From positions 168,675 to 232,674 of the IMG/VR virus record IMGVR_UViG_3300033997_000478: a stretch of 64,000 nt of DNA. The stretch is one strand, 5' to 3'. Below the pieces are notes generated by a model. The model made no database searches, was not told the origin of the DNA, and saw nothing but the letters and a program-made list of their open reading frames with translations. Positions 41,875 to 50,542 of the stretch are shown piece by piece. Source of the DNA: a virus. A program made the translations under genes and the position numbers. Numbering within the stretch: position 1 is the first letter of the stretch; every line of letters begins with the position of its first letter.

Positions 41875-42216
41875 ATGCAGCGCTTTACTTTCAGGGGGTA
41901 TGAGATCAATGCCCTCAATGAAGTCGATGATGAGCATCTGTGTCAGCTCGAAACCGACTCAGCCTTCAGAGCGGTAACGGCATGTCTGGATCCGAGCCGG
42001 CGGTTGGATTACCTCAAGGTGATCTTCCGCACTAACGGTGCCACGTTCGGTGAGTTCTCTCCGTATTCGGTGTGGGGTACGCTGGAGGTTTTTGAGGAAG
42101 CCCTACGTAACACCATTCTGGCTACGAAGGTCCAACTGAACCTGGAGCTGAGCCAAGAGCGGGCTACTGAAGATCTGATCGTGTCTGCACTGGATCGGAT
42201 TCGCCTGCGCAGTTGA
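41875..42216 (+). CDS. hypothetical protein
   Basis: ATG 41875. Terminator downstream. Confidence 0.45.
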   Translation: MQRFTFRGYEINALNEVDDEHLCQLETDSAFRAVTACLDPSRRLDYLKVIFRTNGATFGEFSPYSVWGTLEVFEEALRNTILATKVQLNLELSQERATEDLIVSALDRIRLRS

Positions 42217-42219
42217 CAG

Positions 42220-42254
42220 CATAACGCCCCCTCCCAGACGGGAGGGGGCTTATG
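42220..42254. terminator. bidirectional terminator hairpin (cataa-c-gccccctccc-agac-gggagggggc-ttatg)
   Basis: 10-bp GC stem with an outer extension, between the stop at 42216 (+) and the stop of the minus-strand gene at 42256. Confidence 0.65.
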
Positions 42255-42255
42255 G

Positions 42256-42537
42256 TCACTCTTGCTGCTTGCCGCCGAAGACAGACTTGAACAGGGCAAA
42301 GCGTTCGGCGATGGCCTTCTGATCGACCAGGCGGCTGACGGCACCGAGGAAGCCAACCCACTGCACCAGGCGCTCGAAGATCAGCGGCAGATGACCAGCA
42401 CTGATCAGCTTGTACTGTACGGCCAGTGCGTAGAGTTCCGGAGAGAAGCCGATGATGAAGAAGGCCCACATCGAGAACCACTTCCAGGCCCGCTTCCAGT
42501 CGTTGACCAGATACTTGTTGAAGAACTCGGCAATCAT
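42256..42537 (-). CDS. small membrane protein, opposite-strand (moron-like) gene
   Basis: Minus-strand ATG at 42537 preceded by GGAG at a 7-nt spacing. Hydrophobic helix WKWFSMWAFFIIGFSPELYALAV. The overlapping + strand ORF 42262-42579 is low-complexity and rejected. A start at 42567 (MESII...) is an alternative. Confidence 0.45.
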   Translation of the reverse strand: MIAEFFNKYLVNDWKRAWKWFSMWAFFIIGFSPELYALAVQYKLISAGHLPLIFERLVQWVGFLGAVSRLVDQKAIAERFALFKSVFGGKQQE

Positions 42538-42618
42538 TGTAAAGCTCCAGCGGATGATGCTCTCCATAGGATGCTGTGAATAAAAACAGCCGTGTTTGAT
42601 GGTGTGGCTCAAAGGCCA

Positions 42619-42641
42619 GAGCGCTGCGCATTCTGCGCGCC
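42619..42641. promoter_or_regulatory. candidate operator: direct repeat of palindromic hexamer TGCGCA-ttc-TGCGCG in a divergent intergenic region
   Basis: Seen in the 124-nt region between the minus-strand gene start (42537) and the + gene at 42661. Confidence 0.25.
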
Positions 42642-42660
42642 CAAACACAGAGAAAAAGAA

Positions 42661-43284
42661 ATGAGTGACGCAACCATCGTGAAACCGAGTTACCAGCTGG
42701 GCACCCCGGTCATCCCGATCGATCAGGGCCAGGGAATTTTCCTGGAGCACTTCCAGCTTCCCAAGCAGTATCTGGCAGTGGACGGTAAGCTGCTGCCGGT
42801 TGCCGTGCTGAAGTTCGACACCGCCTACGACCTGATCGGCGTCAGTCAGGACCACACCCTGCTCCACGGCGGTCACATCGACTTTACCGACTCGTTGGAC
42901 GAGGAGGTCTCGATCGACGCGCTGTATTATCGAGACGAGTTCTCCAAGGATGCCGAGTGGAAGATCATCGACGTCACTGCTTTCTCTGAGCGCTTCTGCT
43001 TTGACAAGTTCCCCGTCGAAGGCAACAGCCGTGTGCGCGGCCTGCAGGAATACATCGTCCTGCCGATTACCATCGACGGCGAAGAACATCGCGTCAAGTA
43101 CGCCATCGCTGGCGAATTGAATGTGGAGTTCGGCAGCGTCAAGGTCTGGTGGAGCATCAACGAAATCCTCACTGCTCCCTCCGGCCAGCAGAAGGAACTG
43201 CGTGCCAAGATCTTCAATCTCAACCCCCTGCGCGGTTTCAAGGTCGGCGCCTACCGCGCCAACGCCAACCGCGCTACACGCTGA
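42661..43284 (+). CDS. hypothetical protein (paralog A)
   Basis: Start at the MSDATIV ATG. Shares the motif D.AYDLIG...DH..L..G.I...DS.D with the next gene. Confidence 0.5.
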   Translation: MSDATIVKPSYQLGTPVIPIDQGQGIFLEHFQLPKQYLAVDGKLLPVAVLKFDTAYDLIGVSQDHTLLHGGHIDFTDSLDEEVSIDALYYRDEFSKDAEWKIIDVTAFSERFCFDKFPVEGNSRVRGLQEYIVLPITIDGEEHRVKYAIAGELNVEFGSVKVWWSINEILTAPSGQQKELRAKIFNLNPLRGFKVGAYRANANRATR

Positions 43285-43293
43285 GGGCCAACC

Positions 43294-44040
43294 ATGTCCG
43301 ATGTAATGAAGATCCAGACCGTGGCTTTTGACGGCGACCAGACGGAAGTCGTTGAAGAGCACGTCATTCCCAATGACACCCGACACACCCAGCTACTGAC
43401 CTTCGAAAACGGCCCAACCGAAGAGCCGGCCAATGATGCTGTTCTGATCAACGGCCGTGTCATCGCTCTGGGTTACTTCGAACTGGATAAGACCTACGAT
43501 CTGTTGAACTCTTCAGATCACCCATATCTGCGAGAACAGGGTCTCATCCATGCCAATGACAGCATCGACGGACATATCACGGTTGAAGGTCTGCTGGTAC
43601 GCGGTATCTGGGCTGATGACGGTCATGTGATCCAGGGTCCCACCTACGTTCGACTGGATGTGTTTGGTAAGGAATACGCCTACGACCAGCATACCGACTA
43701 CGCCACCATCGACGCGGTGAACATCCAGATCGAATTGCCGATTGGCGTGCCCGGCCATGGAGGTGTCCAGTTCAAGCTGTGGCTGCAAGGTGAGCTGTCA
43801 CGTCGCAAGGGTACGGTGAATCTGGAAGTGGTTCGCTGCGAAGCCATCGGTCGCTGGGAGGGCTCTGAACTGATCCGTCACCCGGAGAGGTGGGCGACGA
43901 ATGTTGAAAGTGCCGACCTGTTCGAAAAGTGGTTCCGGGAGTACCAACCCATCGAAGGTTATCGGGTCAAGACTACCCGTACCTACAGCGCCAACTTTAT
44001 GGCCTTCCTCGCCCAACGTGAAGCTAAGCGCCAAGCATAA
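43294..44040 (+). CDS. hypothetical protein (paralog B)
   Basis: RBS gagggccaaccATG. LDKTYDLLNSSDHPYLREQGLIHANDSIDGHI parallels the upstream gene. Confidence 0.5.
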   Translation: MSDVMKIQTVAFDGDQTEVVEEHVIPNDTRHTQLLTFENGPTEEPANDAVLINGRVIALGYFELDKTYDLLNSSDHPYLREQGLIHANDSIDGHITVEGLLVRGIWADDGHVIQGPTYVRLDVFGKEYAYDQHTDYATIDAVNIQIELPIGVPGHGGVQFKLWLQGELSRRKGTVNLEVVRCEAIGRWEGSELIRHPERWATNVESADLFEKWFREYQPIEGYRVKTTRTYSANFMAFLAQREAKRQA

Positions 44041-44045
44041 TAGAG

Positions 44046-44072
44046 CCCCGCCTTCGGGCGGGGTTTTATGCC
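44046..44072 (+). terminator. intrinsic terminator (ccccgcc-ttcg-ggcgggg + ttttatgcc)
   Basis: Perfect stem, TTCG loop, TTTTATGCC tail. Confidence 0.65.
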
Positions 44073-44101
44073 ACCAAACAAAAAAGTTTCATCGCTATAA
44101 T
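44073..44101 (+). promoter_or_regulatory. candidate promoter with perfect -10 TATAAT (44096-44101), weak -35
   Basis: gcTATAATaccc lies 60 nt upstream of the 44160 start. The -35 region accaaa is poor. Confidence 0.3.
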
Positions 44102-44107
44102 ACCCTC

Positions 44108-44132
44108 GTGAACTCCAATCCCGGAAGTTCAC
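44108..44132 (+). promoter_or_regulatory. inverted repeat GTGAACT-N11-AGTTCAC between the -10 and the RBS (operator or leader hairpin)
   Basis: Perfect 7-bp arms. Confidence 0.3.
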
Positions 44133-44159
44133 AACCTTTGTTAGCAAGGAGAGTTATTC

Positions 44160-44858
44160 ATGTCTGAGATTTTCAACGTCACCGCCGAGACCACCTACCG
44201 TCAGCTGGCCAAGGCCACTGGCATCCCGCTGAAGGATCTGCTCCAGGATCTGAAGGACAAGGGCTACAAGGTCAAGCGTGACTACCGCGTGCGCGCCACC
44301 AGCCCGCACTACAGCCGCGTACGCAAGGTGCTGGACCAGTACGAACTGGCAGTGGGTGTCAAGTTCATCAAGGTGGCTGCCAGCGTCCGCATGGCCAACC
44401 ACAACCACAACATGGCCCTGTACCGCAAGAAGGTCAAGACCATCAGTACGGCCGAGCTGGTGGAAGCGTTCGGCAAGGCAACGCGCAACCGTCGCCTGCG
44501 CAAGACCGAAGACGGCAAGCTGATCAAGGTCACCAAGACCGCAGCCAAGAAGACTTCGGCCAACAACTCGGGTCTGACGATCCGTGAGCTGGAAAAGGAG
44601 ATCTTCTTCGTCGACAAGCTGCGTGTGGTGATCCGTGCTCCGTCGCATCTGCGCAGCGGCTGCACCACCTACGGCAAGGCGCTGCCGAAGGGCTCCACCG
44701 TGGAGACGCTGACCCGTCGCCTGGAACGCTACTTCCGCAACAGCCGTCATGCTGAAGAGCTGGCCGGTGTCGAGTTCGTGGTGATCACCCCGCGCGGTGA
44801 AGCGCATCACAACACCCGCACCAAGAAGCTGCCGATCGCTCGCGCTCGCTTCGAGTAA
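44160..44858 (+). CDS. highly basic hypothetical protein (possible nucleic-acid binding)
   Basis: RBS aaggagag. K/R-rich 232-aa product. Confidence 0.5.
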   Translation: MSEIFNVTAETTYRQLAKATGIPLKDLLQDLKDKGYKVKRDYRVRATSPHYSRVRKVLDQYELAVGVKFIKVAASVRMANHNHNMALYRKKVKTISTAELVEAFGKATRNRRLRKTEDGKLIKVTKTAAKKTSANNSGLTIRELEKEIFFVDKLRVVIRAPSHLRSGCTTYGKALPKGSTVETLTRRLERYFRNSRHAEELAGVEFVVITPRGEAHHNTRTKKLPIARARFE

Positions 44859-44866
44859 TCGACACG

Positions 44867-44917
44867 CCCCCGGAGACCTGATCGTCTCCGGGGGTTAACT
44901 CGCTGTATTTCTTTTTG
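44867..44917 (+). terminator. intrinsic terminator (cccccggagac-ctgatc-gtctccggggg + ttaactcgctgtatttctttttg)
   Basis: 11-bp stem, T-run. Confidence 0.7.
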
Positions 44918-44959
44918 CGTCACCCCACAACTTTTGTACCAGCCGCTGGAGAGTAGGAA

Positions 44960-45250
44960 ATGTCGCACCTGATCGCTTTCATCTTGGCGATGATCATCGC
45001 CGCCCCGAGCCAGCAGCTGCCCAACCCGCAGCAGCCGGTCAATACCAACCAACTGGAAGTGCTGCGCAAGAACGACAAGCAGCTGGAAAAGAAGTACCCC
45101 GGCTTCAGTCGCTTCCAGCGCCAGTTGGCCGATTGCGGTCAGCAGCTGAAGGAGCAGTTCGGCGAACCGGTGGACCCGCAAGACTTGGAGGCGTGCATCA
45201 CCTATGCACGTTACATCACCGATACGCTCGACCAAGCGGAGGGTAAGTAA
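44960..45250 (+). CDS. small secreted protein (signal peptide)
   Basis: MSHLIAFILAMIIAAPSQQ signal-like N-terminus. RBS ggagagtaggaaATG. Confidence 0.4.
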   Translation: MSHLIAFILAMIIAAPSQQLPNPQQPVNTNQLEVLRKNDKQLEKKYPGFSRFQRQLADCGQQLKEQFGEPVDPQDLEACITYARYITDTLDQAEGK

Positions 45251-45552
45251 TGGGATTTCTCTCTGAAGTCGGTAAAATCTTCCTGCAGGTCTTCGCTACT
45301 CCGGTGCGTGACATACCGGAAATCGAGCGGGTTGGCGGGACCATCAATTACGCCAACAGTCGAATGTATCCGGCACGCCGTCGTACCCACCGGTACGTCG
45401 GTAACGAGCGCAAGAAGTTGTTGAGCGTCGAGGCGGGTTGGTACATCATCGACCACATCGCCAACCGTCAGGAAACCAAGGTGGGGGTTTTCTTCGAGGC
45501 CAATTCACCTGGCGAAGCTTTCCGCCAATACCAAAACAAGGACAAGACATGA
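45250..45552 (+). CDS. hypothetical protein
   Basis: ATGG overlap with the upstream stop. Confidence 0.4.
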   Translation: MGFLSEVGKIFLQVFATPVRDIPEIERVGGTINYANSRMYPARRRTHRYVGNERKKLLSVEAGWYIIDHIANRQETKVGVFFEANSPGEAFRQYQNKDKT

Positions 45553-45809
45553 AGTGGGTTGCAATGATGTTGGTGGTGCTGGCTGCGGCCGGTTGTAAGC
45601 GGGTTGAACCTGCCACTCCGACTGGTCGCGTGCAGCAGGTCTTCGAAACCTGTATGCGGGAAGCCGGCCGCACCGCAGGCGGACAACTGCCAGCCGAAGT
45701 CGTGCGCGAATGTCGTCAACTGGCTGAATCAGCGCTCAAGGCCGAATGCCCTTCGGGTCTTCTAGGTGAGGCGCCCTTGTCCCACCCAAGACCAAAGGAA
45801 AACGAATGA
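45549..45809 (+). CDS. lipoprotein
   Basis: ATGA overlap. Signal peptide with lipobox MKWVAMMLVVLAAAGC. Confidence 0.5.
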   Translation: MKWVAMMLVVLAAAGCKRVEPATPTGRVQQVFETCMREAGRTAGGQLPAEVVRECRQLAESALKAECPSGLLGEAPLSHPRPKENE

Positions 45810-46186
45810 TCAAGCGCGACCCTGAGAACCTGAAGATCGAGAAGGTGACCTTCAACGACGTGACCAGCGCAGTCTGGAATCGTGAGAACGTGCAGATCGT
45901 GTTCCTCTGCCCCGGTCATCTGTTCATCAAGCAGACCCCGGTGGAGAACACCATCCGCCGTAGTGTCGGCGCCGGTTACCGCTACGAGACGGCACTGAGC
46001 GAGCGCATGACCGTCTCGCATCTGGTCCACCGCCTGCAGCGTGAAGTCGGTGACGTGCCCTTCCTGATCGTGTTGCCCGATGGTGGCGTCTACGATCCGC
46101 GCCTGGCACATCACGCCATCGTACCGATGGGTACGGTGCGCGATTACTACCGCAGGACGCCGGACTACCACAAGCCCTACGCGTAA
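45806..46186 (+). CDS. hypothetical protein
   Basis: ATGA overlap. Terminator downstream. Confidence 0.45.
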   Translation: MIKRDPENLKIEKVTFNDVTSAVWNRENVQIVFLCPGHLFIKQTPVENTIRRSVGAGYRYETALSERMTVSHLVHRLQREVGDVPFLIVLPDGGVYDPRLAHHAIVPMGTVRDYYRRTPDYHKPYA

Positions 46187-46193
46187 TGGCACA

Positions 46194-46238
46194 CCCCCTC
46201 CCTTCGGGGAGGGGGCTTTATGGCCTTTGTTTTTTGGC
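46194..46238 (+). terminator. intrinsic terminator (ccccctccc-ttcg-gggaggggg + ctttatggcctttgttttttgg)
   Basis: 9-bp stem, TTCG loop, T-run. Confidence 0.75.
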
Positions 46239-46375
46239 TTGAACCAAAGAGATCCTAAAAATTCAAAGGACTATAATATCGATTTGAGGGTGGTGGTAAC
46301 GAATCCTCCCTGCAAGGCCGCGCCACAGAGGCAAAAAGGTCAAGTAGGTTTCCCTAAAACCCAGTGAGGTTAAAA

Positions 46376-47734
46376 ATGAACAGCAATACCCGTAAGACCG
46401 CGGTGTCTTTCTTCTTTGACGAGAAGGATGGCGGTAAGTTCACCCTGAGCATTGTGGTGGAAAACCTCGGCGTGACCGATCGTTACGCTCTCCATGGTAC
46501 CGTCACCCGGCAGTTGGGAATCGTGACGCTCGACGAACTTGAACACAGCATGCCGGAAGGGACGCGTCTGAGCGACCTCTTCCAAGCAACGGTGTTGCGC
46601 GTGACCAGCTTGTACACCGGCTACGCGCTGCGCAAATTCCACATCGCCAACGAGCTCGTCAAGTACTTCTCCGAGTACACGATCAGCGATGTGCCGAACG
46701 AGTACAACCTGCCGGCAGTCAAAGTCAAGGAAACCTTGGAGGCCAGCAAGGCAGCGGCTGAGGTGTTTGATGTGACGTGTACGAACATGTACGCGATCTT
46801 GACGCATGACCCTGAAGATGTGACCTTCCAGGAAGAGTGGATGGACACCACAACGCAAATGATGCTCAATGCGGTGTTTGAGATCCCCAAGATGTGGACG
46901 TCCAACATCAACGCTTCGGGTATGGTGGTGCGTGACTCGCAAACGGAGTGGGTGTGGAACTACAGTCCCTCCACCGAGATCCTGATCATCCACGTCCGTG
47001 ATCGTGCCAACAAGAAGCACTCCCAGTGGGAAGTCACCAAGGAACTGGCTATCCACTTCACCGGTAACGATCGTGAGAACGGCACGCACTATCGCAGTTT
47101 CATCAACCACGAGGGTGGTCGCCAGTGGCATGTGACTCGTAAGGTCGTTATCCAGCGGGCGTTCATCACTGAGTTGCCGGCGGGCACCACCAGGGGCGTG
47201 TTCAAGCAGATCAAGCACATCCTGCAGGTCTTGCAGGACAGGGCCACCTGCAAGATCGGTGAAACGACCTTTACCCCCAACTACCTGCTCTGGCTGCCGA
47301 TGACCTCGCTGGAAGAAGCGTGGCGAGGTGCTGACGGCAAACTCCCCATCGAACCACCCGCGGCGCTGCGCGAAGCCTACCTGAGGCTGGTTTTCCACTA
47401 CGACAACACACTGCCCAAGTACAACGCCCCCGACGGCAGTAGTGGACCTGCTCGTTCGCAGGAAGTGGTGGAGGCGATGTATGAACTGCTGGCGCCGCGG
47501 TACGGGTCTGGTGAATCGCAAGCAGCGCGGTTCTCGAAGTTCTGGGCGCAGTTTGACATCGATCTCGAAAAGCTCCGAACGGACATGGCTGCCAAGTTCG
47601 AAGGTGACCGAGCGTCGAATAAATACGATGTTTTCGTTACGATCAATACGTCCAACATCCTACAGAACCTGATGACCTTTAAGTCAGAGGTCAAGGAAAA
47701 GGAAAACCAAGAGGATGAGAACATTGGCCATTAA
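46376..47734 (+). CDS. hypothetical protein (452 aa)
   Basis: RBS gaggt before ATG 46376. Confidence 0.55.
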   Translation: MNSNTRKTAVSFFFDEKDGGKFTLSIVVENLGVTDRYALHGTVTRQLGIVTLDELEHSMPEGTRLSDLFQATVLRVTSLYTGYALRKFHIANELVKYFSEYTISDVPNEYNLPAVKVKETLEASKAAAEVFDVTCTNMYAILTHDPEDVTFQEEWMDTTTQMMLNAVFEIPKMWTSNINASGMVVRDSQTEWVWNYSPSTEILIIHVRDRANKKHSQWEVTKELAIHFTGNDRENGTHYRSFINHEGGRQWHVTRKVVIQRAFITELPAGTTRGVFKQIKHILQVLQDRATCKIGETTFTPNYLLWLPMTSLEEAWRGADGKLPIEPPAALREAYLRLVFHYDNTLPKYNAPDGSSGPARSQEVVEAMYELLAPRYGSGESQAARFSKFWAQFDIDLEKLRTDMAAKFEGDRASNKYDVFVTINTSNILQNLMTFKSEVKEKENQEDENIGH

Positions 47735-48320
47735 GCGTCCCTTCGCACTGCCGAAGTTTGTACAGCGCCTGACCATGCACAACGACGACTTCGAGAATCG
47801 CTTCTTGGAGAACCATCGCTTTCAGGTGATGGGTAACGTCGAGTTCGAAGGTGGCAATCCCTCTCGTGCTATCCGGCACTTGGGGGAGGTGGGTAAGATC
47901 GCCTCGATCTCACCTCACGGCTACCAGACGTTGGTGATCTACGACCCGGCCATCCATGACCGGGAATCGTTGGTGTTGATGCTCACCGCTCTGTGGGACG
48001 GCTCGTTCGTCCCCACCGAGCGCGTCGACTTCAACAAGGACAACACCAGCCGCAAGAAGCTGTATGGCATCAAGGATCATGAACGCCCCAACGCATGGTT
48101 GGACATCGTCAATAACGTCTACTGGACCATGGTGGATGTGAACATTGCCGACGTTCAGAAGACCATGCGGATTCAGGCCAACTACTGGGATGCCCAGCGC
48201 AGGATCCGGCAAGGTAAGGCCAAGCAGCAGCGCAACGCCGTTGAACGCGCCCTGCGTCGGGGCTCGGAATCGGACCTGCGCGCGCAGCTGATCCTCACCG
48301 GCCGCCTCAAGCCGAGATAG
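47715..48320 (+). CDS. hypothetical protein
   Basis: Overlaps the upstream gene by 20 nt. Confidence 0.45.
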   Translation: MRTLAIKRPFALPKFVQRLTMHNDDFENRFLENHRFQVMGNVEFEGGNPSRAIRHLGEVGKIASISPHGYQTLVIYDPAIHDRESLVLMLTALWDGSFVPTERVDFNKDNTSRKKLYGIKDHERPNAWLDIVNNVYWTMVDVNIADVQKTMRIQANYWDAQRRIRQGKAKQQRNAVERALRRGSESDLRAQLILTGRLKPR

Positions 48321-48347
48321 TATGGGGAAACTATCTGAGATCCACCA

Positions 48348-48623
48348 ATGGGGAATAAAGAGCACTACGTAACCAGACCAGCCCTTGATCAATCACCCAA
48401 AGCCCGCGCACGTGCCCGGTTTTTGATCAACGGTCTGTACTCTGACATGTTCGGGAAAGCAATCCGACATGAGACCGTGCGATCGATCCGTGTCAAGATC
48501 ATCGAACTGGAAGCCAACCTGGAACGGGTACGGGAATTCTTACCCATGGCTGTCTACCAATCGATGGTCCGGCAAGTAGTGAACTACGAACGGGTCTGCG
48601 AGCAACTGGAAGTGCTCTCTTGA
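48348..48623 (+). CDS. hypothetical protein
   Basis: RBS tggggaataaagagcactacgt is weak. 91 aa. Confidence 0.4.
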   Translation: MGNKEHYVTRPALDQSPKARARARFLINGLYSDMFGKAIRHETVRSIRVKIIELEANLERVREFLPMAVYQSMVRQVVNYERVCEQLEVLS

Positions 48624-48630
48624 AACAAGG

Positions 48631-48658
48631 TCCCCACCTTCGGGTGGGGACTTATGCC
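48631..48658 (+). terminator. intrinsic terminator (tccccacc-ttcg-ggtgggga + cttatgccgc)
   Basis: 8-bp stem, TTCG loop. Confidence 0.65.
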
Positions 48659-48714
48659 GCCTAAAAAGAAATTAAGCTGTACCATCGTCTGAATCCAACC
48701 AAGGAATGTACGCA

Positions 48715-50403
48715 ATGAATGAGAAGGTATTCATCGGCAGCACTGTCGACCGTGTTGCCATGTCGCAGGAAGTGGCTCGCTTCAATGCCGCACTGGCCGA
48801 GCGTTTGAAGGCCGCCCTTGCCCTGGTCGTGGGCACCCATCCCACCTACGGCGGCCGCTATGCATGGGTACAGCTGGATGTGGATGGTCTGTACCTGACC
48901 TTCACCAGCGTGCTCGATGAGCGCACTGCTGCCGAATACGACTGCTCCTGCTGCCGCACGTTCGTCAACCGCTACCTGACCAGCGCCATCCTGGACACCC
49001 ACACCGGCAAGATCGTCCGCACCTTGATGCCGGAGGCCGACCAGGTCGATGACATCTTCAAGCCGGGCGTGATCGCAGCCCAGGAAGCGCTGCTCAAGGC
49101 CAACGTGATCGGCGTGTTCCCGATCGATGAAGTCAAGGCCGGTCATAAGCTGTTGGGCGTCAAGATGGCCGGTGGTTTTGACCACTTCCATTTCGAACTC
49201 GACCCTTCGGCGGTCCGTACCCTGATCGCCGGCAACACGCTGGACGCGTACACGCGTCTGTCTCAGCGTGAAGACCAGCGCGACATGCTGGTGCGTTCGC
49301 TCAAGGCGTATGATCCGGCGCTGGTACGGGCCTCGATCATCCACATCAACAACGCCTTCGGTGAGTCGCTCGAACTGCGCAAGTTCGTCAGCAACCTGGA
49401 AGCCTTCGTGGAGGTCAAGGCGGTGTTTGAAGCCACCACGGGCATCGATCGCAGCCGACTGCTGAACAACTACGCCATGCGTGGCAACCAGGCCGTCATT
49501 CGCATGGACACCGCTGGCGCGCTACTGGGCGGGTTCCTCTCGCGCATGAAGGATGCAGGTGAAAACGAGCATCAGATCAAGAACGCGCTGAACTGGTTGG
49601 CTACCAACGGCAACGGTATCCGTTACCGCCGTCAGGTGGCTGCTCCGAAGGATGGCACGATCCACCGTGCCAACCAGATCTTCGAGGAGCGTGGTCTGGC
49701 TCCGTCGATGGCCCGTCGTGCACTGCCACTGGCCGAAGTCATCGATCGCGTCTGGGAGCGCAAGGAAGCGGTGCAGGAAGAAACCAAGAGCGGTGGGTTC
49801 TTCGACAAGCAGTTGAGCACCAAGCCGGACGCTCCGGCCAAGCTGCCGCCGCGTAAGCGGACGGTTCGCCTGAGCCAGCTGGGCGAAGTGATCCAGGAGT
49901 TCGATCGCCTGTATCATCAGTTCAGCCGTCCCGGTCATTCGGCCATCCTCATCGGTCTGACCACCGCCGTCAATCTGGATGCCCCGCCGATCCTGAAGTG
50001 GGACGACCAGGAAGACCGCTACCCGTACTCCGGGTACCAGCCGAGCCAGCCTCGTCCTCTGAGCGAGTATGGCGAAGCACTGGCTGCTGAAGTACGTGAA
50101 ACCGGCCGTGCGGAAATCGCTGTGGTCACCAACATGCTCGAGCGCATGCGCTTGGGCAATGGTCAGCTGTTGGCGCTCTACGTCAACGGTCACCACCGCC
50201 TGACGTCCGGCTCCTCGCTGTTCCCGGAAACCCTGCGACCGGACCTGTACGAGGTCAGCAAGGTCATCGAGCAGTACTCCAACAACGATCCGCTGGCGGA
50301 TCATGAAAAGGGTGCTGTGGGTTGGTGGCTCAACAACGCGCTGATCGTCGGCGTTCGCGCCGACGGCAGCGAAGACCACATCACGGTGGTTGCGGCCGAG
50401 TAA
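48715..50403 (+). CDS. hypothetical protein (563 aa)
   Basis: RBS aaggaa 8 nt before ATG 48715. No recognisable motifs. Confidence 0.55.
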   Translation: MNEKVFIGSTVDRVAMSQEVARFNAALAERLKAALALVVGTHPTYGGRYAWVQLDVDGLYLTFTSVLDERTAAEYDCSCCRTFVNRYLTSAILDTHTGKIVRTLMPEADQVDDIFKPGVIAAQEALLKANVIGVFPIDEVKAGHKLLGVKMAGGFDHFHFELDPSAVRTLIAGNTLDAYTRLSQREDQRDMLVRSLKAYDPALVRASIIHINNAFGESLELRKFVSNLEAFVEVKAVFEATTGIDRSRLLNNYAMRGNQAVIRMDTAGALLGGFLSRMKDAGENEHQIKNALNWLATNGNGIRYRRQVAAPKDGTIHRANQIFEERGLAPSMARRALPLAEVIDRVWERKEAVQEETKSGGFFDKQLSTKPDAPAKLPPRKRTVRLSQLGEVIQEFDRLYHQFSRPGHSAILIGLTTAVNLDAPPILKWDDQEDRYPYSGYQPSQPRPLSEYGEALAAEVRETGRAEIAVVTNMLERMRLGNGQLLALYVNGHHRLTSGSSLFPETLRPDLYEVSKVIEQYSNNDPLADHEKGAVGWWLNNALIVGVRADGSEDHITVVAAE

Positions 50404-50414
50404 TCGGCACAAGC

Positions 50415-50446
50415 GCCCCCACCTTCGGGTGGGGGCTTTATTCTGC
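50415..50446 (+). terminator. intrinsic terminator (gcccccacc-ttcg-ggtgggggc + tttattc)
   Basis: 9-bp stem, TTCG loop. Confidence 0.65.
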
Positions 50447-50542
50447 TTTATCGGCGGGTCGGAGTCGTAAATCTCTACACGCCACCTTCATTCTCTGCCT
50501 ACTCCAATTTCACAACCACTACAAGAAACAAGGAAACCGACC

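Noticed and set aside
42262-42579. 105-aa + strand ORF after the bidirectional terminator
   Set aside because: Acidic, low-complexity translation with no RBS. The opposite strand encodes a convincing hydrophobic protein with GGAG-ATG, so the minus-strand gene was preferred.
48715-50403. Whether the 563-aa protein could be a nicotinamide phosphoribosyltransferase (NadV) of a phage NAD-salvage counter-defence pathway, given the NAD-dependent ligase and macro domain nearby
   Set aside because: None of the NAMPT/NadV signature motifs could be recognised by eye. Left as hypothetical. A profile search would settle it.
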